A stretch of DNA of 64,000 nt. It comes from Fibrobacteria bacterium (GTDB taxonomy: Bacteria; Fibrobacterota; Fibrobacteria; UBA11236). The notes beneath the pieces were generated by a model. The model was not told where the DNA came from, did not search any database, and worked only from the letters and a program-made list of their open reading frames with translations. The position numbers and the translations under genes are program-made. Position 1 is the first letter of the stretch. Each line of letters begins with the position of its first letter. Below, in pieces: positions 57,672 through 64,000 of the stretch. The DNA is taken from NCBI GenBank assembly GCA_043745805.1, contig JAYTSD010000045.1:80505-144504 (forward strand). The letters are read 5' to 3'.

Positions 57672-58349
57672 TTAAAACTTGGCGAAGTAAATTAAGCCTA
57701 AAACCAAATTCAAATACTCTTCACTTTTGTTTTCTAAGTCCAATGGCTTATTAATGAATTCATAAAAACGGTTGTGACGCAAGCTTTTATACAATAAATT
57801 GCTATCGTCATCGGGATTGCCGGTGATTAAAATGAATTTCAAATAAGGTTTGGTTTTATGCACTTCATCGCAAAGTTCATTACCTCCCATAAGAGGCATA
57901 ACTTCATCGGTTATGACTAAAGCGACATCGGAATTAGTTCTTATAAATTCCAAGGCTTCCAATGGTTTAGTAAAAGTTTTGAGAGTTATTTTTTTGCCTA
58001 ATTTGCGATTGAAAACAAAAAGATTGTCTTCTTCATCGTCGACATAAACTACGAGAGGGTTTTTATTAGTGGTAACAAAAAGTTTTTCCAAGTGCTCCAA
58101 TAGTTTTGCAACGGTAAGATAGGGAAACTCGGTTGGGTTTAAATAATTTTCCAGGTTTAAACGTTTTCCCTCATATCGTTTTTCCAATTCATCTTTAATT
58201 TCAGAAAAGGCAACTTGATCCACACCAATATCTTCTAGAAAAACTTTATTCGTTTCGCATTCCAACAATGCGGGTAGTGTTGCGCCATTGTTTTTAAAAA
58301 CATCATTTAATATTTCATATACTTCTTGTTTTGCCATGAGAACCCTCAA
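57672..58349 (-). CDS. single-domain response regulator: N-terminal ACP-like (serine-less) domain fused to a CheY-type receiver (paralog 1)
   Basis: The N-terminal roughly 95 aa read like an acyl carrier protein (EVYEILNDVF...TNKVFLEDIGVDQVAFSEIKDELEKRYEG...LTVAKLLEHLEK), with the phosphopantetheinyl Ser of the DSL motif replaced by Gln (DQV). The C-terminus is a complete REC domain. Confidence 0.6.
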   Translation of the reverse strand: MRVLMAKQEVYEILNDVFKNNGATLPALLECETNKVFLEDIGVDQVAFSEIKDELEKRYEGKRLNLENYLNPTEFPYLTVAKLLEHLEKLFVTTNKNPLVVYVDDEEDNLFVFNRKLGKKITLKTFTKPLEALEFIRTNSDVALVITDEVMPLMGGNELCDEVHKTKPYLKFILITGNPDDDSNLLYKSLRHNRFYEFINKPLDLENKSEEYLNLVLGLIYFAKF

Positions 58350-58380
58350 TTATTGTATGCCATCAAAATTAAACCACAAT

Positions 58381-59556
58381 TTAAATCATTAAACTTTCAA
58401 TTTTTAATTCCTTAATAGCTTCTGCGGTAACGATAGCCGTTTTTATAATAGCTTCACGAGTAATTTCGGCGTGAACTGAAAAACGAGCAAAACTTTTATC
58501 ACGCGCTGAAGCTGGAGGAGCAAATACTGAAAATAAAATTCCTTTTTCTTTCATTTTTCCATAAAGGGCGCTAGCTGTATAGGGGCCTTTAAAAAATACG
58601 GATACGATTTGACAATTACTTGGACCAGTGGGAATACCACGTTGATTCAACTCATCCCTTAAAAGTTGAGCCATATCCATGCAATGCTGCGCTCTTTGCG
58701 GTTCCCGTAAAATAACATTCAAAGCGGCTCTGTGACCCGCAGAGTTTGGTTCAGAAGGTGAAGAACTAAAAATAATAGAGTGACAACGAAATCTTAAAAA
58801 ACGAATGGCTTGTAGGCTTGCTGCGATAAAGCCTCCATTGCCGCCAATAGCTTTGGACAAGCTAACCGTTCGAAAAGGTACTCTATCTTGTAACCCTAAT
58901 GAAACGGCTAAACCACCGCCATTTTCTCCAATCATTCCAAAGCTATGGGCTTCATCTAGTACCAAGGCGCAGTTATACTTTTCACATAAAGCAATGTAGG
59001 TGGGAAGATCAGCAACTGATCCATCAGTGCTATAATAAGCATCGATGCAAACAATTCCCGTTCCATCTTTTTTGATTCTTTTTTCCAAATATTCCGGATC
59101 ATTATGTTTGATTAAAACAGGTCTTCCTGAAGAAAGTTTCGCACCGGACCATAATGACGCATGCGCTTGATGATCAATGTAAATAGGCAAATCAGGTGTA
59201 GCTATTGCTTCTAATAAACCGACATTAGCGCACCAACCAGCAGTAGTTACGATTACGTCTTCGCTTTTGAGGCTTTTTTTTAATACTTCCCCAAATTTTC
59301 CATGTTCACCGGTGTCGGCTCCAAAAACCAATGAGGCTACGCTACCTGTGCCAATATTGTTATTCGCTTCATCCTTGGCTGCTATTACCTCGGGATGGCG
59401 AGACAAGCGCAAATAATCATTTTGATGTAATTCAATATAGGCTTTTGAATCTCCAGGTTGATCGAATGGATTCGGTTGATGGCCATCCATAAAATTCAAC
59501 CAGTCCTCATAATGTTTGGTTAACCATGGCGTTGTATCTAAATCATCGGAAAGCAT
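58381..59556 (-). CDS. CqsA/LqsA-family alpha-hydroxyketone autoinducer synthase (PLP-dependent alpha-oxoamine synthase)
   Basis: Block-by-block similarity to Vibrio CqsA as I recall it: LHQNDYLRLSRHP vs LQSNDYLALANHP; GWCANVGLL...IYIDHQAHASLWSGA vs GWNANVGLL...VYIDFFAHMSLWEGA; IVCIDAYYSTDG...CALVLDEAHSFG...NGGGL vs IIVVDSIYSTLG...CALLVDESHSLG...NGAGL; and the PLP lysine in SLSKA. The 391-aa length matches CqsA at about 389 aa. Confidence 0.8.
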   Translation of the reverse strand: MLSDDLDTTPWLTKHYEDWLNFMDGHQPNPFDQPGDSKAYIELHQNDYLRLSRHPEVIAAKDEANNNIGTGSVASLVFGADTGEHGKFGEVLKKSLKSEDVIVTTAGWCANVGLLEAIATPDLPIYIDHQAHASLWSGAKLSSGRPVLIKHNDPEYLEKRIKKDGTGIVCIDAYYSTDGSVADLPTYIALCEKYNCALVLDEAHSFGMIGENGGGLAVSLGLQDRVPFRTVSLSKAIGGNGGFIAASLQAIRFLRFRCHSIIFSSSPSEPNSAGHRAALNVILREPQRAQHCMDMAQLLRDELNQRGIPTGPSNCQIVSVFFKGPYTASALYGKMKEKGILFSVFAPPASARDKSFARFSVHAEITREAIIKTAIVTAEAIKELKIESLMI

Positions 59557-59698
59557 GGAACGGTCCTTTTATTATCTGTATAAATGGTTTGGATTTTGTG
59601 GTTTTTTGTGTATGTGAATGAATGTCTTGCTCAAATATGCTTCCGGGCCTTAATATTGCATTTGAAGCTAGAATTTTTGGCTTTTGAGGAAAAGGTTG

Positions 59699-61258
59699 AT
59701 GCTGAGAAAATTCTTTTCGAAGGATTTTTGGAATGGCCGTTCGGAATACCACCGAATGCTTTTTAATACTGACTATTCCTTTCAAAAACGTTTTATGATG
59801 GTACTGGTATATATAGGCGCACCAGCCAATATATTTTTTCATTACTATGAACAAGATCAAGGTTATCAAGATTCTACCATTGGACGTTATGCTATTTCTC
59901 TGCTATTAGTTACACTAGTTTTCCTACCGAAGATTATCAAGCAAAATAAATGGCAAATATCGTACTGGGAACTCACACTTTTCATTTTTTTCCCATGTAT
60001 GAACACCGCCTTCATGCTGATGAATCATGTTAATCAGTATTGGTTTTCCACCTTTATTCTGGATATGGTATTTTTGGGCATTTTTACCAAATGGTATATG
60101 ATCCCTTTCCATTACATTTTTGGTAGTGCGGCAATAACATGGTGGTACTTTCACAATACAGGATATGATGCGAAATTATTTCAGGCCAATTTAAATGCGC
60201 ATGTGGCAGCCTTTCTAGGAACATGCGTTGCATCGGGAGTCGTTTTAACTATTGAATATGTTAATAAAAAATCTACTGAAGCTAAATTAGCGCTATCTAA
60301 AGCGGAACATGATAGGCTCAGAACCTTAGAGCTACAAAAATCAAATGAAGAATTAAAAAAACGTGAGGAAATCATTAAGGTGTATGTGCGCCCATCCTTG
60401 TATGAAGAGTTAGCGGCGGGACATGACCCTCTCAAATTTCAACCTATTATGCTGCCTAAGGCGATTATGTTTTGCGACATTCGCGACTTCACTTATTTGA
60501 CGGAAATTCTTACCCCTTACGAAAAACAAACTTTTCTCAATCAATATTTCACTTTGATGAATCATGCCATTGTCAATAATGAAGGCGAAGTAGATAAAAT
60601 TGTGGGCGATTGTATTATGGGTCTTTTTCCTAATGGCCGCGCAGCCGTACATGCCGCATTGGCCATGCGTAAGGCCTTGCACACATTTAATAATATGATG
60701 TACAACAGTGGTCGTCGAAAAATCCCTAATGGTATTGGCATAGCCAAGGGCGAAGTGATGTTAGGCAATTTCGGATCTAATGAAAAACTAGATCGCACGG
60801 TGATTGGTGAAGCGGTGAATATAGCTTCACGCTTGGAATCTAAAACCAAAATGTATGGTGTGGAAATTGTGGTGACTCAGGATGTGGTCGATGAAATGCA
60901 GGGCTATCCCTATATGCGTTGGATTGACAATGCTAAGGTAAAAGGTTCGAGCCGACCTTTGCAGCTTTATGAAATTTATGGACATCAACCAGATGAAGTG
61001 ATTGCCTATAAAGAAAAGACTAAAGTCATATTCGAAAAGGCTTTGACTATTTATTTCAATAAAGGTTTTAAAGATGCTTTACGCATGTTTCAATCTATGT
61101 TATCCGAGGTTCCACCGCATAAATACAAAGCGAATGCACCCATGGATAATATTCTCAGCTATTATATTGAGCATTGCCGAACTTGGGTGAATGACTCCGC
61201 AGGGGCTTGGGACTTGCGGAATAAATGGGATGGCATTCATGAGTTTAAAGAAAAGTGA
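59699..61258 (+). CDS. membrane-anchored class III nucleotidyl (adenylate-type) cyclase: 6-TM N-terminal domain, coiled-coil linker and catalytic domain
   Basis: Six hydrophobic helices lie in the first roughly 190 aa, then KLALSKAEHDRLRTLELQKSNEELKKRE, then the CHD motifs FCDIRDFT, KIVGDCIMG and GEAVNIASRLES. The start was placed at the first ATG, which has an AGGAAAAGG RBS; the ORF-track TTG start at 59684 is in the same frame. The substrate-position residues look Lys/Thr, which is adenylate-cyclase-like. Confidence 0.8.
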   Translation: MLRKFFSKDFWNGRSEYHRMLFNTDYSFQKRFMMVLVYIGAPANIFFHYYEQDQGYQDSTIGRYAISLLLVTLVFLPKIIKQNKWQISYWELTLFIFFPCMNTAFMLMNHVNQYWFSTFILDMVFLGIFTKWYMIPFHYIFGSAAITWWYFHNTGYDAKLFQANLNAHVAAFLGTCVASGVVLTIEYVNKKSTEAKLALSKAEHDRLRTLELQKSNEELKKREEIIKVYVRPSLYEELAAGHDPLKFQPIMLPKAIMFCDIRDFTYLTEILTPYEKQTFLNQYFTLMNHAIVNNEGEVDKIVGDCIMGLFPNGRAAVHAALAMRKALHTFNNMMYNSGRRKIPNGIGIAKGEVMLGNFGSNEKLDRTVIGEAVNIASRLESKTKMYGVEIVVTQDVVDEMQGYPYMRWIDNAKVKGSSRPLQLYEIYGHQPDEVIAYKEKTKVIFEKALTIYFNKGFKDALRMFQSMLSEVPPHKYKANAPMDNILSYYIEHCRTWVNDSAGAWDLRNKWDGIHEFKEK

Positions 61259-61387
61259 AAGACAATTGAAAGCCAAGCGTAATAAATTGTCAAAACCCAT
61301 AAAATAAATTCCGCGCTTAACTTCCTTGCGGCAAATTTTTAAACATGCTACAATGAATTATTCTGGTTTTGTATTCAGGGGATTTGA

Positions 61388-62833
61388 ATGAGTTATAAAG
61401 CAGCTCCAAAGCATTATGATTTTGTAATAATCGGTAGCGGCCCTGCAGGCCATGCGGCAGCTATTTGCGCAGCGAAGGCGGGAGTGAAAACGGCCATTAT
61501 TGATAGACGCGAGCAGCGTGGTGGCGTGTGTTTACATGCAGGTACCATACCGAGTAAAACTTTACGTGAAGCGGTGATGCATTTGCGTGGCGTGCGTTTG
61601 CGATCTTTTTATAAAGAAAAAATGAGTGGGCAAGGTCAAATTACTTTGGAAGATTTGCATGTGCGTATTGATAAGGTTTTAGCGCAACAAATGGATGTGC
61701 TGGATCATCAATTGCGTCGCAATGGCGTAGATATTTATTATGGTCAGGCTGAGTTTGAAGATGGCCATACATTGCGTTTAACCACCTTGGAAGACGGCGA
61801 AGTAGGACGCTTACAAGCCGGTAAAATTTTGGTTTGTACTGGCACGGTGCCGCGTCGCCCACCGGAAATCCCTTTTGATCAAGAAGTTATTTTCGATAGT
61901 AATTTTCTTTTTTCTTCCAAAAATAAACGCCTCAATTTGCCTGAGTCCTTAATTATTGTGGGTGCCGGAGTAATAGGGACCGAGTATGCCAGCATTTTTG
62001 GATCGCTCGGTTGCAAAGTTTGGTTGGTGGATCAACGCGATGAATTATTTCGTTTTGTGGATGATGAAATCGCTTTGCATCTCAGTAAGGATTTGCAAAA
62101 TGAAGGCGTAGAATTACGCATGGGACATAAAATTGGAAAAATTTCTCGCAGTCCCTCCGGCCAAGCGCGCTTGGAATTAGACGGTGGGGAAGTGATTGAA
62201 GCCGATGTGCTCGCTTATACCATGGGCCGCACGGCTTGTGTGGAACCCTTACATTTGGAACGCGTAGGCGTTGTGCTTACTAAACATGGCACGGTGGAAG
62301 TGAATGAAACTTTGCAAACAGGACATCCCGATATTTATGCCGCAGGCGATGTGATTGGCTTCCCCGCTTTGGCTTCCACGAGTTCTAGTCAAGGGATTAT
62401 TGCCGCGCAAGATGCTTTAGGCTTGCCTGCGCCTACCAAAGCCACGATTTTTCCTTTTGCGATTTATTCCATACCGGAAATTGCCATGGTTGGTAAAATG
62501 GAACGTGAATTGGTCGCAGATAAAATTCCTTTTGCTAAAGGCGTTACGCTTTATCGAGAAAACCCCAAAGCAGCAATTATTGGCGATGAAACCGGCGCGG
62601 TGAAAATTCTTTTTTGTCCAGACACACATAAAATTTTTGGTATTCATATTATTGGAGACTTGGCTTCGGAATTAATTCATATCGGTTTAATGGTAATGAG
62701 TTTGGATGGCACGGTGGATACTTTTGTGAATAATGTATTCAATTATCCCACTTTAGCTTCCGCATATAAAATGGCTGCACGCAATGGCTTAAATAGTTTG
62801 GAAGGAAAGAATACCACAAGGGATATTAGCTAA
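61388..62833 (+). CDS. sthA: soluble pyridine nucleotide transhydrogenase (SthA/UdhA-like flavoprotein disulfide reductase family)
   Basis: FAD motif DFVIIGSGPAG, GTIPSKTLREAV and a C-terminal FNYPTLASAYKMAARNGLN, which closely follows E. coli SthA. There is no redox-active CxxxxC pair, as expected for SthA rather than Lpd. Confidence 0.75.
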   Translation: MSYKAAPKHYDFVIIGSGPAGHAAAICAAKAGVKTAIIDRREQRGGVCLHAGTIPSKTLREAVMHLRGVRLRSFYKEKMSGQGQITLEDLHVRIDKVLAQQMDVLDHQLRRNGVDIYYGQAEFEDGHTLRLTTLEDGEVGRLQAGKILVCTGTVPRRPPEIPFDQEVIFDSNFLFSSKNKRLNLPESLIIVGAGVIGTEYASIFGSLGCKVWLVDQRDELFRFVDDEIALHLSKDLQNEGVELRMGHKIGKISRSPSGQARLELDGGEVIEADVLAYTMGRTACVEPLHLERVGVVLTKHGTVEVNETLQTGHPDIYAAGDVIGFPALASTSSSQGIIAAQDALGLPAPTKATIFPFAIYSIPEIAMVGKMERELVADKIPFAKGVTLYRENPKAAIIGDETGAVKILFCPDTHKIFGIHIIGDLASELIHIGLMVMSLDGTVDTFVNNVFNYPTLASAYKMAARNGLNSLEGKNTTRDIS

Positions 62834-62894
62834 GGATAATGATTTCGCTTTTAAATAGTTGTTCCTAATTTGGCCTAAAGTATTTATATTAAGC

Positions 62895-62995
62895 AAGCTC
62901 ATCCTGTGAGGTTTAGGCCTCACGCAATGAATGCGAGCAGAATTCCGCCAGGACGAAAGTAGCAACGGTACGCATCAATTTCATGTGCCGTGTCA
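62895..62995 (+). ncRNA. candidate small structured RNA (possible SRP/4.5S-like helix with GAAA tetraloop and AGCA loop)
   Basis: CCAGGAC-GAAA-GUAGCAACGG (62948..62968) loosely resembles SRP RNA domain IV (CAGGUCC-GGAA-GGAAGCAGCCAAGG). The flanks can partially pair. It lies in a 190-bp gap between convergent genes. Confidence 0.15.
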
Positions 62996-63021
62996 AAGCT
63001 TAAAAGTAGCAGGGTGAGTTT

Positions 63022-63570
63022 TTATTTACTGAGCGAGATGCCAGTTAAAGCCGCGAATTCTTCCAAAGACAATAAAGTATCTTCTGCATCCATTCTTTCG
63101 GAATATAAAATGCCTTCTAAATGATCGTATTCATGTTGGAATATGCGGGCAATAAAATCATGATAAGTGGTATGAATTTCTTCGCCATGGCGTGTGGTAA
63201 AAGTCACTTCAATTTCCGTATGCCGAGGCACTAAGCCGCGATAACCCGGAATGCTTAAGCAACCTTCCCAGTCTTTATGAATTTCCCCTGCTTGGCGAAT
63301 AATATGCGGATTAATAATAGCCATAGGTTCCATAGTGGGACTATCGGGATAACGTGAACTGGGTTTGGGCGCAAGAATAAAAACTCTTAATGAATTTCCT
63401 ACTTGCGGTGCGGCAATGCCGACACCCATATTTTCATCACCACTACGAATAAGTTCGTCAATAAAATTTTGGAATTCGGGATCGGTATAAACTTCTACAG
63501 CCTTAGCCTTTTGTTTTAAAACTTCGGCGCCACGGGTGTATATGGGGAGTGATGGTTTTGCTGATTCCAT
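63022..63570 (-). CDS. def: peptide deformylase
   Basis: The three Def motifs are present: GIAAPQVG, EGCLSIPG and HEYDHLEG. Confidence 0.9.
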   Translation of the reverse strand: MESAKPSLPIYTRGAEVLKQKAKAVEVYTDPEFQNFIDELIRSGDENMGVGIAAPQVGNSLRVFILAPKPSSRYPDSPTMEPMAIINPHIIRQAGEIHKDWEGCLSIPGYRGLVPRHTEIEVTFTTRHGEEIHTTYHDFIARIFQHEYDHLEGILYSERMDAEDTLLSLEEFAALTGISLSK

Positions 63571-63751
63571 GAAATAATGATAATTGATTTTTTTTGCGTG
63601 GGCTAGTAGGAATATGCATTGAACAAGGTAACAATTCCCCGGTTACCACCCGAACTCTGGGGAACGTCCAAATATTATTATGCTCATTAAAGCCCCTAAA
63701 TACTATACTCTAGGGGGCTTTAAAAACCGAGTGATGTGGAGAACTTAAAGC

Positions 63752-64000
63752 ATGTTTAAACTTTTAATTCAAAAACGATTCGGACCTTTTTTTGGTGTGC
63801 AATTCTTAGGCGCATTAAATGACAACCTGTTTAAAAACACCATGGTTATTCTGATAGCCTTCCGAGCGGCCACCGAGGCGGAATCGGGCATGTTGATTAA
63901 TTTAGCGGCGGGATTATTTATTCTCCCATTTTTTCTTTTTTCAGCGGTTGCAGGTCAAATTTCCGATAAGTTTGAGAAGTCTGCTATTATGCGCATGATT
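63752..64000 (+). CDS. MFS lysophospholipid transporter LplT-like protein, 3' end truncated by the window edge
   Basis: An ATG at 63752 opens a frame that runs to the end of the window. GPFFGVQFLGALNDNLFKN matches the LplT N-terminus, and the region is hydrophobic with TM helices. Confidence 0.5.
   Translation, partial: MFKLLIQKRFGPFFGVQFLGALNDNLFKNTMVILIAFRAATEAESGMLINLAAGLFILPFFLFSAVAGQISDKFEKSAIMRMI

Noticed and set aside
1-64000. CRISPR arrays, IS elements and transposases
   Set aside because: I scanned intergenic regions on both strands for regularly spaced direct repeats and found none. No ORF resembles a transposase, and the only recombinase is XerC/D-like.

Overview
The window is 64 kb of low-GC (about 40%), gene-dense chromosomal DNA from a Gram-negative (diderm) bacterium. 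I found no rRNA genes, no CRISPR array and no transposase. The taxon cannot be assigned from this window. A T9SS-like C-terminal domain and a bacilliredoxin point toward an FCB/Chlorobi-Ignavibacteria-like lineage, while a PEP-CTERM protein and a TIGR02147/DUF4423-like protein do not narrow it further. Most long ORFs have clear protein-family signatures read directly from the translations.

Recognisable housekeeping content:
- nrdR, a PPi-dependent phosphofructokinase (long PFP type), trmFO, purC-purH, rfbC, sthA, def, aqpZ, a NupG-family permease, a beta-carbonic anhydrase and trhO.
- Three tRNAs: Pro-GGG, Asn-GUU and an initiator-type Met-CAU.
- Many clean rho-independent terminator hairpins.

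Accessory content:
- A beta-glucan-type uptake cluster: outer-membrane lipoprotein, TonB-dependent receptor, GH16 glycoside hydrolase, CBM-like secreted protein and a DUF4423/TIGR02147-like regulator.
- An RCC1-repeat protein and a PL7-like lipoprotein paired with a beta-barrel gene.
- A GT39/GT2 glycosylation pair.
- Thiol-redox genes that suggest bacillithiol use (a clear bacilliredoxin plus a DinB/YfiT-like protein).
- A PEP-CTERM protein, and a PQQ-type sugar dehydrogenase carrying a T9SS-like C-terminal domain.
- A roughly 2-kb decayed region next to tRNA-Asn, with a frameshifted and TGA-interrupted gene, an orphan gene fragment and hairpins.

The most interesting locus is at about 49.5-61.3 kb. 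Four genes lie in a row on the minus strand:
- A gene whose product aligns convincingly with CqsA/LqsA alpha-hydroxyketone autoinducer synthases.
- A receiver (REC) protein whose N-terminus is a serine-less ACP-like domain.
- Two tandem paralogous roughly 450-aa proteins with a novel N-terminal domain fused to an OmpR-type winged-helix DNA-binding domain.

A 6-TM class III nucleotidyl cyclase is transcribed divergently from the synthase. A second pseudo-ACP-REC paralog lies about 7.4 kb away, beyond a XerD-like recombinase, a GT32-like transferase and a 700-aa secreted protein. I propose this as a candidate, previously undescribed autoinducer signalling system in which the histidine-kinase receptor is replaced by a membrane cyclase and a split response regulator.
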